Assembly (NCBI RefSeq): GCF_009834535.1
Contig: NC_045697.1
Span: forward strand, 18,478,001 to 18,542,000
DNA: 64,000 nucleotides
Source: Camelus ferus
Lineage: Eukaryota
Direction of reading: 5' to 3'
In this document: positions 1 through 12,132 of the stretch, piece after piece
Layout: the number at the start of each line of letters is the position of its first letter
How positions within the stretch are numbered: the first letter of the stretch is position 1
Position numbers and translations under genes: made by a program
Notes under the pieces: model-generated
Told to the model about the DNA's origin: nothing
Seen by the model: the letters and a program-made list of their open reading frames with translations, nothing else
Databases searched by the model: none

Positions 1-214
1 GCCCATCTGGGCTTTGTGACTTACTAGCTATAATACCCTGAGCAAATGACACCTCAATGCTTCAGTCCTTTCCTACTTCCATGAGATTATTAAGAGAATT
101 CAATGGGGCCACGCATGCACAAAGATGGAATCAACAGAATGCTAGGCCCAGTGGGATGGTAGGAGGGGGGAGTAAGAGAGAGAAAGGAGCTTAAAATATT
201 TCCCAGACTTCTGT

Positions 215-726
215 GGAAGAACCAGTTTGGGGAGAAAGACAATGATTCCAGTTTTGGATCTGCAGAGTTGGTGGTATCTCTGGCCATCTGTGTGGAGATA
301 ACCCGTGTTCACCTGAACATGGATATAGATACAGAGCTGGGCAAGGGTCTCAGCTGGAGCTCCAGGGCATGATATCACAGCCCTCAGGCGAGCGGATAGA
401 ATGAAAGACGAAGGCCAAGAGGGAGCCCTGTGGCTGGTGCTGGTGGACAAAGAGGAGTCATCAAGGAAACTGAAGAGGACTGGGTTCAAAGTCATAGGAG
501 AAAGCAGTGTGTCTGAAAATTTAAGGGAGAGAAAATTTGCAGAAAGAGGCATCAGTAGCCTAAATGCTGCAGAATCATCAAATCAGATCTGAGAAGTTGG
601 CCCAGGATTGAGGGACAAAGAGGTCACTGGGGCCCCATGGTTAACTGAGGGTCATCGGGCCATTGTAACTCAGGGTGATGATGGGGCTGGAAGGCAGAGT
701 GTGGTCAGTGGAGAGGTAAAGAATTA
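215..726 (-). mobile_element. Ancient LINE-2 relic (antisense), probably continuing at ~939-1010 after a young L1 insertion
   Basis: Purine-rich antisense L2-like tracts (TTTGGGGAGAAAGACAATGATTCCAGTTTTGGA; AAATGCTGCAGAATCATCAAATCAGATCTGAG; GAGGTCACTGG). By-eye assignment. Confidence 0.6.
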
Positions 727-741
727 AGGATCGAGGAGAAA

Positions 742-936
742 ACAAGTTCATACTGTATATAGCAAAGGGAACTATAATCAGTATCTTTTAGTAACTTACG
801 GTGAAAAAGAATATGAAAACAAATATATGTATGTTCAGGTATGACTGAAACATTATGCTGTACACCAGAAATTGATACAACATTGTAACCTGACTATACT
901 TCAATAAAAGTATATATGTGCAAAAAAAAAAAAAAA
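742..936 (+). mobile_element. 5'-truncated young LINE-1 3' end with poly(A)
   Basis: AACAAGTTCATACTGTA...GCTGTACACCAGAAATTGA...CTTCAATAAAA then an A tail; homologous to 41805-41965; flanked by near-identical AGGAT(C/G)GAGGAGAAA at 727-741 and 939-953 (likely TSD). Confidence 0.9.
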
Positions 937-974
937 GTAGGATGGAGGAGAAAGTTTGTGTGAAGGTGAAGAGA

Positions 975-1262
975 GATGCAGCAATGGGAACTGAAAAGGA
1001 GAGGAAAACGCAAGGAAAGTAGGATGCTAGAGACTCAGAAAGGTGAGAAGGGCGGGCTTGATGTCTGTGAGAGGACCCAAAGCTCGACTGGGGACCTTGC
1101 CACGTGCCCAGAGAGTGGAAAATGGCCCACCGTGGGATTGGGCAGCCAGAGAGCCCGGCAGGGAGAGGCTGGGAAACTGAAGGGAAAGTCTCCAGTCTGA
1201 GCTTCTGCAGACAGAGGGCAGAGATAACATGAGGAAGATGGAGAAGGTGGATGATAGTGACC
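975..1262. repeat. Left arm of diverged inverted duplication (partner 1886-2182)
   Basis: Reverse complement of 1029-1217 aligns without gaps to 1941-2129 (153/189 identical by hand count); similarity extends with small indels on both sides. Confidence 0.95.
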
Positions 1263-1284
1263 CGCACTCACACTATGCAAGGAA

Positions 1285-2440
1285 CGGTGTCACTAGCGTC
1301 TAGACAAGCATCCTCACTGCGACCGTGTTCCGCCAGCGAGCACCTGAGACTCAGGGACTTGAGGACCCAGCTGGGTCCTTGACGACCGTCTGAGCCCACG
1401 ATGGCACCTTCATCACCAAGCTCCACGTGTGAGGCACAAGACAGTGGGGCCGCGAGAGAAGACACGGGGATGCGGCCCGAGACAGGAGATGGGTCTCAGC
1501 GATTTTGAAGGCAGGTGCGGAAGAAGGGCGGGGCGCGAGCAGCGGAGGCGGACACCGGAGCGGGATTCGCCGGGAAGCTGCCCCGCAGCCCCCGCCCCAG
1601 CCCCGAGTTTCCCAGCCGAGCGGCTCCCGCGACAGCAAGGGCCTGCGAGCATCCCCAGGAGGGGGCAGCAGCGCCCCGCGGAAGGCCCGCCGCTCCCAGG
1701 CCGGCAGGCGCGGGGGAGGTGCGCTACTGCTCCGCCCGCAGGTGGGTGGGGGGCCCCGGGCCAGCCCAGCAGGCCTGCCGGGTTTGCTGCTCCCCCACGG
1801 GCCCTAGCTCTCCTCCCGGGTTTCGCCCACTCGGGAGCAACCTCCGAAAGCCCAACTCCTGAATCTGCACACAGTGCTCAGCCTTTAGGATCATCATTGT
1901 CCACCTTCTCCCCCTCCTCTCCCCTTTTTATCTCAGACCTCCTCTGTCCACAGAAGCTCAGACTGGAGAATTTCCCCACAGTTTCCCAGTCTCTTATCGC
2001 CGGGCGCTGTGGCTTCCAAACCCCACGGTGGACCATTTTCCAAACTCCGGGCATGTGGCAAAGACCCTGGCCCAGCTTTGGGTCCTCCTGCGAACGCCAA
2101 GCCCGCCCTTCTCATCCTCCTGAGTCTCTCCAGCATCTCACTTTCCTCCTGTTTTCTTCTCAGTATCAGCTCCCACTACTCCAGAACGTCCTCTTCTCGC
2201 TGCGGGCCAGCCCCACTCCAGACCCCCACCTTGTGGAGCAGAGGCCCCCATGTCTTGCCTGGACCCCTTTCCACGAGGCCCCTTGTGGCGGACGGGGTGG
2301 CCTGCAGCTCTGCCAGGAAGGCCCCCTTGTGGAGCCCATGGTGGCAGAGAGGCCTGGGGGCAGTCCTCGCAGGCTCGCTCGCTGCTCCCCAGGCCTGAGT
2401 CGAGCTTCCGATCAGCCCGGACGTCCCAAGGACTCAGCGT
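1285..2440. promoter_or_regulatory. CpG island / putative promoter (densest ~1430-1860)
   Basis: Very high GC and CpG density compared with the rest of the window; CGGAAG (ETS-like) next to GGGCGGGG (GC box) at ~1518-1533; CTCF-like CCAGGAGGGGGCAG at 1655-1668. Confidence 0.75.
1886..2182. repeat. Right arm of diverged inverted duplication (partner 975-1262)
   Basis: Identical blocks shared with the left arm include CAGAAGCTCAGACTGGAGA (19 nt), CAAGCCCGCCCTTCTCA (17 nt) and AGCTTTGGGTCCTC (14 nt). Confidence 0.95.
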
Positions 2441-3899
2441 AGCCAAGCACAAATATAACTCCCACCACACATCGGATGTGGAGGGAAAACAGAGTAGCCG
2501 TTGTTTTGCTTGGAACTAATCTGGTCTTTCTCCTGAGCCACACCCACTAGTTAGTGGGATGGGCAGGATAAACCTAATGTCAATCCAGTTAAACTTTGAG
2601 CTGATATTTTAAACCTTTCAGATAATGTTTGGTCTTCAGGGAAAGCACTCCGTGCCTCTGACAGCCCCCACTCCCTCTGCCTTCCGCTCTAGAAGCCAGT
2701 GAGTGTGGGGTGAGGCGGGTTTCTCCCCTCAGGGTACCAGGACAGTGGGTTCTCTGATCCCACAAAGGCCCTTGGATGTGTGCTGGCCATTGGTCTTCGG
2801 GAAGATTTTTTTTTTTTTTTTTTTGCCTGGGTTCTACTTGATCTCCTGGTCTCAGTACTCAAAGTGTGCCCCATTCTCACCCCTATGCCCCCAGACTGTG
2901 TTCCTAGTGACTTGGTGTCTCAGTTTCAGCCTGGGCTGCAGCCCTGCCTCTTTCCAGCAGCTCTCCAGTCTGTTGGCTGGGAGATCACCTTGTCTCAAAA
3001 CACAGGCCCCCTCAGTGGGCCCACTGACTCCCAGCTGAACTTCTGCCCCATGGGACAGAAGACGGCCCGGGGAAGCTGGCCTCGCCCAGGCTGACCACGC
3101 GGATCTCCTTTACTGTGGCTGGGCCCTGGGTCCTAATGAGGCAGCACAGGCCATGGCTTCTTCCCGGAGTCCCAAGGGTCACACTCACTTTTCAACCACC
3201 CTCCCTTTGCAGGCCCAGAGGTGGGGACAGCAGGGCAATTCTGCTGATAGCCTGGCTATTTTCGGCCTATTCGTTTCCTCCTCTTTCTTTAAGATTCTCA
3301 GGTACAGAAAAGGGGTGGGCTTTTCCAGTACTTCGATTTCCTCTTTTCTGACTCCTGTGAGCCCTAAATGACTGGCATTGGTAACTCACTGTGTATATGG
3401 GAGAACTCCAAGCTTCAGGCTTTGTCTTAATGTACTAAGGGAGGAAGAAGAAGAATCTGGGAAATCCCTTCTTGAGATAATGGTCTGGCCCGTAAGGCTG
3501 GAACTTCCTGCAAAATCTTATTTTGAATGGCCAAGGCTGAACATTACCTGGGTCTCTCTCTGGGAGTTCCTTCTGTGATCAGTGTGTATCTGCATCCCTC
3601 CCTCTTCCTCCTCGTCTTTACTGCACACACACATCCCTCTTCCTAGAAGAAGATGGATATCTGGGGTGAACCTGGGAAAGTGGGAAACAGAAGAAAAAAG
3701 CATATTAGTGCCTTAAAACAGTATCCCTTGTCCCCTTTCTTACAGCCTAAAGGACTCTGTTCTCATTGGGTCCAAATTACTTAGCTTTTCTTTTCCTCTC
3801 ACTGTCCTGTTAAACCCGCAAGTCTCTGTCCCTTTTGTTCACTTCCCAAAGGGGTTTGTCAGTAGCAGCTCTCCTCTCGGATACCAGGTGGAGATGCTT

Positions 3900-4382
3900 T
3901 AGTTTCCTACCTGCTCTAATCACCCTGAAGCATGCCCCAGCCCAACCCCCACCCCCTATCTCCCCACGCACCCCCTCCTCCACAGCCTCATCTCCCATCC
4001 TGCACCTGCAGGTAAAGCCCAGACCTCGGGCAGATTTACCATTTAGATGGTACCATTCCTCTGATACACAGGATGCGCTTTCCTGCCTCTGCACCATTGC
4101 ATGTGCTGTGATCCCCGCCCAAACTTTCCATCATCCAGCCCTTTTCCAAGGCTCATCTCAGTATCATTTTCTGTGTGAAGCTTTTCCTGACTCTGCTAAG
4201 TCAATGTAATTTCTCCCTCCTCTAAGGGCCTGAACTACTTGGAACCCCTCACGTCCTGTGCTGTGTTTATAGCTATGTTTGTATTTCTCCCCAGCTACAT
4301 TAAGATCTCTACGAAGGCAGAAACTGTGTGTCACTCAGTCATATATCTTCCACAGGACTACGGGGTAAATGACATTGAATGT
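3900..4382 (+). mobile_element. LINE-2 3' relic
   Basis: L2 3'-like motifs (AAGCTTTTCCTGAC; CAGCTACATTAAGATCTCTACGAAGGCAG; ends ...ATTGAATG). Confidence 0.55.
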
Positions 4383-4567
4383 GACTATCAACAGGAATAG
4401 CCCTAGACCAAATTTTAAAGTAGGTCCAAAGCATATCAACTCACACAAATAATTTAATTTCCCAAGTCTCAGTTTTCTCATTTGTTAAACAATTGAGTTG
4501 GGTTCCATGATAACTTAGATTATCTCCATCTCTGACACTCTAATTCTGCTCGTACTGTCTTGTGACC

Positions 4568-4619
4568 TGTGTGTGCATGTGTGCACACACGCACACATGT
4601 GTGTGTGTGTGTACGCACT
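4568..4619. repeat. Alternating purine-pyrimidine (TG/CA) microsatellite
   Basis: TGTGTGTGCATGTGTGCACACACGCACACATGTGTGTGTGTGTGTACGCAC. Confidence 0.9.
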
Positions 4620-5008
4620 GGGTTGGAGCTGAGGATAGGGGGTAAATACAGCAGGTTCCCTGTCTGCAGGAGGCCTGAGTTCATTAGAAGGAGACAACCC
4701 TGTGATCAAGTAAGCGTAATTGAGTGCAGAAGTTCTCTATGGGAAAGTGTCCAGGACATGGTAGGGGCACAAAGGAGGGAGAGATAGACAAAAAGATTCC
4801 AGAGCTGATCTTGCTGGGAGTGGGACACGAAAGCCTTCCTTAAAGTTGTGAGACAGAAGGGAGCACTCCTGGAACTCCGGTGGAGAGAGAGAAGCAAGGG
4901 GCGCCCAGTCTTTACTGTCATCGTGAGCCTTCTCTGACCCTGATTGGCCAGGACTAGGAACCATCCATCCCAAATGCAGTTCCTGAGATGTAGTCACAGC
5001 TGACACTT

Positions 5009-5150
5009 ATCTGTTTGTTTTTTGTTTGTCTGTTCTTCATGGGGGAGGTAATTGGTTTATTTATTTATTTATTTAAATGGAGGTACTGGGGATTGAACCC
5101 AGGACCTCGTGCATGCTAAGCTCATGCTCTACCCCTGAGCTATATCCTCT
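5009..5150 (-). mobile_element. tRNA-Ala-derived camelid-type SINE (vic-1-like)
   Basis: Reverse strand has A box (TAGCTCAGGGGTAG), B box (GGTTCAATCCC), (AAAT)n, AATTACCTCCCCC and an A-rich tail; ACAGCTGAC repeated at 4996-5004 and 5156-5164. Confidence 0.9.
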
Positions 5151-6334
5151 TTGCTACAGCTGACTTTTAGACCAGCCCTACTGGTCTTACTCCCAGCCCT
5201 GGTGCCTTTCTCTGTGGCCGATGAGTCATCTGCAGCACCTGAGGTGGCCTCTGACCTGCTGCTCCTGCTCAATGACCTTCACCAGCTAATCTTCTTTCAG
5301 GAAAGAGCAGTGCTTGGGAAAAGGCAACTAGTTCCCTAAGGAAGTGACCCCTCCTCAAACTGCCCTCTTTACTGGGTCCAGGGGAGACGCTTTCTGCCCA
5401 GAATCCACAGGAGTCTCTCCCTGGGGACAGCTGAGGCACAGCCCTAGCCAGAGGAAGCTGTTCAAACACCATCCATTTTGACACTTGGCGGGATTAGCGA
5501 AGCACCTCTTCCCTCTGAGAGTGGGAAAGTTTCCAGAATGAGTCTGCCGGCAGAAAGGGAGGTTGAGCAAACAGGCATATTGTTTTCTCAGAGCTGTCTC
5601 TCTTGTTAATGTTTGGTCGGCCAGCCATGCATTTTTGGAGTGTTACATCGGCTTACGTTCAGCCTTCATCAGAGAACAATTAGGCCGAGTGTGGGGAGAA
5701 GCCAGAGGGTCGGGGACAACAGATGGGACTCCACTTACATAGGTTAAAAGTTCAGTTGCCCCAGAGGAAGAAGACCCGTCCTTGGCTGGGGGAGTGAGGG
5801 GTTGGTTAGAGAGAAGCAGACTGGAACGAAGGCGAAGGGCCTCTCCTTTCTGAAATACCCCTTTGGGACGAGTCTCTGTATCTTAGGCAGTGGATTTAGT
5901 TTTCCACAAAGAAACGTCGGCAGCCCTGGCAGGATCAAGAAGCCAGAGGCCTGGTGCCATACTAAAATAGCAGCATTGCTGCGTTTTCCAGCTGAGGGAT
6001 TACTCTTTGGTGAGCCAGAGACATTTGGAACATCATTTGGAAGCAAAACCACATTTTTTTCCGAAAAAAAAAAAACAAGGGAAACTTTGCATGCAATGAA
6101 GTCAGGGCTTAACTCTTAAGAGGAAGCAGTACAGAGGCAGCCACTGGGCTTTGCTGATGGAACCCATGCTTCTGGGAGGAGGATGAGTTTTCATTTGGTG
6201 AAAGGTCAGCTGGGGAGCCTGTGACGGGCAGAGGGCACTGTTGTCCGGAAAGGGTGGTCAGCAGGATGAAAGCGCCAGTAAGTTGGAAGAAAAGGACAAA
6301 AGATAGGAAGAGAATTGCATGAGCCAGCCTTTGG

Positions 6335-6810
6335 TCCATAACACTCCACCTTCAACTCAGCTGTTGAAAACAACCACCATTCCAATTATGCATGGTTCTG
6401 GGGGTCAGCAGTGTGGTCTGGGCTCAGCTGGGTGGTTCTTCTGCTCATCTCACCTGGGGTCATCTGGCTGCAGTCATCTGGCAGCTCAAAATGGGGCTGG
6501 GTAGTCTAAGATGGCCTCACTTACCTTCTAGTCATGGAGGCTGGCTGTTTGCTGGGCCGTGAGTCTCCAGAAACCCGCTTTGGCTTCCTTACACCATGGC
6601 CAGGTTCCAAAAGCAGCAGGAGAGAAGGAAAGGCTCAACTCGCAATCATTTTTCCAATCTCCACTTGTGTTCCGTTTGCTGTCCCATTAGCAAAAGTAAG
6701 TCACATAGCCAAGCTTCGAGTCAACGTGGGAGGGGACGACACCAGGGTGTGGAGCCAGGGAGGGAGCCCAGGCTCCACTGGGAGCTGTTACTGTAACCGT
6801 GTCCCCACAA
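6335..6810 (-). mobile_element. MaLR LTR relic (MLT1G/H-like)
   Basis: GGGCTCAGCTGGGTGGTTCTTCTGCTC, CTAAGATGGCCTCACT, GCAAAAGTAAGTCACATAGCCAAGC resemble antisense MLT1. Confidence 0.6.
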
Positions 6811-7137
6811 GAAGGAAGTAAATCTGAAATGGAATCGAACGCCCTAACCTCAGTGGGATGCAAAGCATGCGAGTCAGAGTCCATATGAGCTCAGGCTGAG
6901 GGAAGAAAGGCCAGAGAATGATCTTGTTGGGTTTTTGGAATAAGCCTGCTATTTCCTGGGGATTTAGGGATAGGGAGATGCTCGGATTTGTAAGAATCGA
7001 ATAACTCAAGTGAGTGTCAGTTTTAGCATCTCGTAAAATTTTATAACATCCCCTTCCTCCATGTTTGCATATATTTCCAACCTGAGAGTCCTCAGGCCCC
7101 TTCAGCCTATGGGAAAGATGGCGGTGTAGCTGCAAAG

Positions 7138-7508
7138 AGTCTCAGCAGGAAAACAGACACACCATTTCTAGTTTCTACAACAGATGAAATTGGTTTTACT
7201 CATGATGGAGGAGCAGAGAGACAAATAGGAGCAGAGGCACCTTGGGGATGAGCAACAGGTAGTGGGAGTGGATCACTGCTACCCCAAGCCTGGAAAGACA
7301 AGAGAGGAGGCCAAATTATAAAGCCCAGGAACTAGGGTGATCTGGTACAAGCTAGAACCGTGATGCGCTTGTGGGCTGGAGTCTCCGAGGAGACAGACCC
7401 ACTGCTGGAGAAGCTACCCAGGCAGTGACTTCTCCCTTCCTCGTAAGCCGCCATCTCTTGCTGGTGCCTCTCATTGGCTGACCCAGTCCAGAAGCCCACT
7501 GCTGCAAG
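7138..7508 (-). mobile_element. Old ERVL LTR relic (LTR33-like)
   Basis: AGTCTCAGCAGGAAAACAGA... and GCTGGTGCCTCTCATTGGCTGACCCAGTCCAGAAGCC resemble antisense LTR33-family sequence. Confidence 0.45.
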
Positions 7509-7510
7509 GG

Positions 7511-7855
7511 TTCTTAGTCCAATGAGGCTGCAGTAACAAAAATACCATAGGCTGAAACAGCAAATACTTATTGCTCACAGTTTTGGAGGCTGGGAAGTCC
7601 AAGATCAAGGTGCCAGTGTACTTGGTGTCAGGTGAGAGCTCACTTCCTGGTTCACAGATGGCTGTTTTCTCCCTGTGAGGGAGGAAGAGGTGAGGGAGCT
7701 CTCTGGGGTCCCTTTTACAAGGGCACTAATCCCATTCACGAGGGCTCCACCCTTATGCCCTAATCACCTCCCAAAGTCTCCACCTCTAAATATGATCACT
7801 TTGCAGGTTAGACTCTCAACATACAAATTTGAGGGGGACACAGGCATTCATAATA
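7511..7855 (-). mobile_element. MaLR solo LTR (MLT1A/A0-like)
   Basis: TCTTAGTCC...CTCACAGTTTTGGAGGCTGGGAAGTCCAAGATCAAGGTGCC...CCTAATCACCTCCCAAAG...AATTTGAGGGGGACACA; homologous to 11056-11394. Confidence 0.85.
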
Positions 7856-8634
7856 AGGGGCCTCAGAGACACAGCCTGCAAGGGCTGCCCCTGTAACACA
7901 GAGCAGAGCAGGGGAAAGACAAGGAATGAATCCAAGGCTGAGGGGCCCAGGGCCAGCTCACGGCGCACGGTTACAGCAATCACCTGCATATTAGCCCCAG
8001 CTGGTAAAACAAGAGTCCAGTTCCCCTCAAAGTCCCATTGGCAATTTCTCTGCATCCCTGGGGCTATCTCTCGTGAGCTCAAGACAAAGTGTCCAACCTG
8101 CCTCAGTGATGTCCCAAAGCTGTTAGGAAGGGGTGCCTCCCTCCCTGAGAATGCTGCCTTGCCCAAGCCACTGCCTTCTGCCACACAAGGCTGCAGTCTC
8201 TTGCTGTGTAAGGTGGCATTGTCCTCTCCCCAGGCCCCCATGAGACAGCACCTTGATAGCCTCTCAGAAGGGGGAGGGCCCCCCTCTGCTCTGCCGGTCT
8301 CTTCACCACCCAGCCCTTCATAAAAATAACTAATTTAGCCTCTTCCTGCAGACCCTCCTCTAACTCACATCTCTGGGACCCAGTCAGGCAACAATGTCTA
8401 AGGCCAACTCCCCCTGTCCCCACCTAGGATCATCTGACCAAACTGTCCCCACATCTCCTTCTACCGGAATATCTTCCCACAAACCTGCTCCTGGAAGTTC
8501 ACCCACCCCTTGACATGGATGAGCCCAGGTGGGTTCAAGCTGGGACCACACAGTCACACACACACGTACACACGTGAGCAGCACGTGCTCACCTGTGGGG
8601 CCCCAGCTTCTGTGAGAGAGCTCTAGGAATAACA

Positions 8635-8830
8635 CAGCTACCCGCTATGAAGCTCCTCTAATGGGCTATCTACTCACACTTAATTCCTTTACTCCTGCGA
8701 CAACCCTGTGAGTGGCCCTATTTCCATTTCAAGTGAGAAAACTGAGGTGCACAGAGGCTTTATCTCTGGCTCCATCTTGCACAGCGAGGGAGCGATAAGG
8801 CCAGGATGGTGGGTCAGGTCTCACACCAAC
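8635..8830 (-). mobile_element. MIR SINE relic
   Basis: ACAACCCTGTGAG...GAGAAAACTGAGGTGCACAGAGG antisense MIR core. Confidence 0.6.
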
Positions 8831-10224
8831 TCCCCCACCCTTCTCCTACTATGTTGCCTCTCAATGTATGTAAATGACATTTTATTCTTATCTTGGCACC
8901 ATTTCTTATTTTCCCTAAGAGACTTGAACAAGTGGTTATTTATTGCCAAGGTTTCTAGTACCTTTGAGGACCAAAGAGTGCCATCTCATGTTGAGTGATC
9001 TCAAGATTGAGTTTAAGGAGTATTTAAAAGTCATCGCAACCAGTGCTATTTTATGCTCCTGTACTGTTTCCCAAGGACAGTTGTTGCAAGGTGGGCCTCC
9101 TGGGTGAGGGGGTAGACCCTGGGGATAATACAGCCCAGGGATCTGGAGGCCATGTCACATTGTGACTGAGAACACAAACTTTGGTACTGGGCACAGCCTT
9201 GGGAAAGAAATTTTCCACGTGCACACAAAGCTGCATTGTAGCTGGGAGTAAAGTGATGCCAACGCGAGACTCCCAGCCAGGGCAGGCCAGCCCTGCAGAA
9301 TCCTAGCAGTTATACGGATCTGAAGAGTAGGGAGGGCAGGGAGACCATCATTGCAAGGGTCCCTGTGAAAGGTGCTGGGTAGGGGCCCCCAGTTCTGGGT
9401 CAAGGTGGAAGGGCAGGTGTGAGCAGCACAGCTGCTGGAAATTTTTAAAAAATGCTGTTTTCAGAGAATAATGTGCCCCTCACTCTCCTGGTCTCCATCG
9501 TTCCAGCCCGACTGGGCTGCCCCCATGCTCTCTGATAACCAGAGTCTGATCCTGAGGGCTGGGACCTCAGGCTGGTTCGTTCACCACTTTCTTTCGAGCA
9601 CTTTAATGTAGTAAGTGCTCAATAAACACCTACTGAATGAATGAACAAATCAAACAGATCAGTTTAAAAATCCAGTATAAATTTGATCTGCACAGAGTCT
9701 TTCTTCCCATTACCTTGTTTGTCCTGTGCAAAGTTGCAAGGTTAATTCATTTCATTTAATACATATTTTTATAATATCAAGAAAACAATGCTACAGACTG
9801 ATTAGAAATTAAAGGAGAAAAAAGTGACCCATAATTTTCAAAGCAACAGTCATCACGCTGCGTATTTCCCTCACAGATTTGCTCAAGTTCTTGTATCATT
9901 TTATCCATTTGCATTTATACAGCCGTTCCATTTTGTTTATCCTGTTTTCGTTTTTTTTTTTAACCACAGAACATTATGACGTAAGTATTTCTGTGTTGCT
10001 ACTTAATCTACATAATAATGTTACATTATCTCATTCCAGAGTCTCAAAGTCAGAGCTTTACAAATTCAGGTCCCGCGTCACTGATGTACTTCTTCTATGG
10101 ACTGTCCTACCAGTGTACACACGGCAGGAATTTTTTTCCATCATTTAATCAAAACAGTCTCTTTCCATATACCCCCTTCCTGCCTCCACCCCTTCCTTTC
10201 ACAGTGGATCCCCCCCCCCATGTT

Positions 10225-11870
10225 TTATCTGTCTCGCATCCACAGTCTTCCATTCCTCTCCTTGAACCCACTCTCTTAGGCTCTTGTCCCCACCACACCA
10301 CAAATCACTCTTATTAAGTCAACAGTGACCCTAATGATACTGAATCCAGTGGTCAGTTTCCAGCCCTCTCTGTGCTTGACCTATCAACAGCATTCGACAT
10401 CGCTGTTCACTTCTTCCTGGAATCCTTTTCTTCTCTTGAATTCCTCTTACATCCCTGACTACTTCTCCTCATTGTCCTCAAACTCCAAAAGTCGAATCTA
10501 CAAAGCTTGTCTTTCCTCTGTCCCTACTCACTCCATGCTCCTGCTATCTGTGAGCCCCAAGGACTTTCAGTTCTATGTCTACTACCCAGACCTTTCTTCT
10601 GAACTGCAGATACTTATAACCAATTGCCCACTGGACCTCACTTAGACTGCTAATAGGCTTCACAACCTCAATGTGTCCAAAAATGAAACTCCAGCCCCCT
10701 CCCCCAGTGTTTTTCTCCCATGGTCTTCCCCATCTCAGTAAATGGAAATTCTATCTTTCCAGTTGCTCAGACCAAAGGTCTTGGTGTCATCTTTGGTTCT
10801 TCTCTTTTTTCCCCACCCTACATCCAATCTGTCAACAAATCCAGTGGTATTACCTGAAAACAGATGTAAAACCCAATAATTTCTGGTTCCCTCTATTGGT
10901 CAAAGCCACCATCTTATCACATATGAATTACTTTAAAAGCATCCTAATTTCATCTAGCTTTGCCCCCTACAGTTTACTCTCAATGCAGCAGCCAGAATGC
11001 GATCCTGTTAACACAAGTCATAGCATGTCTCTGCTCCAAGTGTTCCAATAGTATACGGTCTTAGTCTGTTGGCACAGCTATAACAAAACATCACAGACCG
11101 GGTGGTTTATAAATGCCAGAAATTGATTTCTCACAGTTCTGAAGGCTGGAAGTTGCAGGTGAGTACCAGCATGGTCAGGTAAGGACTCTCTTCTGGGTCA
11201 CAGACTTCTTGGTGGAAGGGGTGGGGAGCTCTCTGGGTTCTCTTACAAGGGCATGAATTCATTCATGAGAGTTCTGCCCTCATGACCTAATCACCTCCCC
11301 AAAGCTCCACCTCCTGACACCATTACATTGGGCAATAGGATTCCAACATATGAATGAGGTTGGCAGGGGGGACAGAAATATTCAGACCCTAGCCCACACC
11401 ATCACATGCAGAATAAAAACCGAGTCTTCACCATAGCCTGCTAGGTCCTCCACATCTGGCCCAACACCTGAACCTTGTCTCCTGCTTTCCTCCCAGCTTA
11501 CTCTATACACACACTGACCTTACTGTCCTTCAAATCTGTGCTTCTACCCTGGGACCTTTCAACTTGCAAATTTCTCTGCTTTGGAATGTTCTTTCCAGAG
11601 ATAGTGGACCTTTCTCCTCTTTCTGGTGTTTGTTCAAATACAAGGCCTTCCTTGACTAAGTCGGTAAAAATTTCCACCCAAACCCCTGCCCTGCCTGTTT
11701 CTCTCACTTGCCTTATGTGTCTCTGTAGGACCCACTATAGCATTCAACTAATCGTTTTTGTACTGTGGGCCTCTCCCCACGAGACTCTAAGAGCCCTGAG
11801 GACAGAGATTTTATTTTTCCTTTTTCATCCACTGCTACATAGCCAGTGTCTAGATGTTTGTTGAATGAAT
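10225..11870 (+). mobile_element. Long LINE-2 (L2a-like) relic including RT remnant and 3' end, interrupted by an MLT1A LTR
   Basis: CTTGACCTATCAACAGCATTCGAC (~10375) reads LDLSTAFD, matching the L2 RT 'LDLSAAFD' motif; ends ...GTTTGTTGAATGAAT. Confidence 0.8.
11056..11394 (-). mobile_element. MaLR solo LTR (MLT1A-like) nested in L2
   Basis: GTCTTAGTCTGTT...TTCTCACAGTTCTGAAGGCTGGAAG...ATGACCTAATCACCTCCCCAAAG...ATTCAGACCCTAGC. Confidence 0.85.
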
Positions 11871-12132
11871 TAAGCTGGGATCCAGCATCTGAGAGGTAAA
11901 AGTCTCGGCCACGTGACATGAGAAATCGGAGCACAGCATTGAGAAGCAGGGGCTGCCCTGTGCTTGTCTTGTTGGTTCATCGCACAGGAATCCACTGTCC
12001 CCAGCTGTCACATGACACAACTGAAAGCTACTTGAGGGTGACGGCTGTGTTTTATCATCCCTGCACTCTGTTTTTTCCAGCTTTACCAAGGTATAATTGA
12101 CAAATAAAATTGCGCCTATTTAAAGTATACAA

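Noticed and set aside
1285..2440. Vault RNA / nc886-like Pol III gene in the CpG island
   Set aside because: I found no TAGCTCAGCGG A box plus GTTCGAGACC B box followed by a T-run on either strand.
1429..2442. 337-aa ORF over the CpG island, partly similar to the minus-strand ORF 788-1267
   Set aside because: Starts at GTG in GC-rich, stop-poor DNA with P/G/R/A-biased composition and no recognisable domain. The similarity simply reflects the inverted repeat: arm-to-arm substitutions fall about 11/15/10 over codon positions, with no third-position bias.
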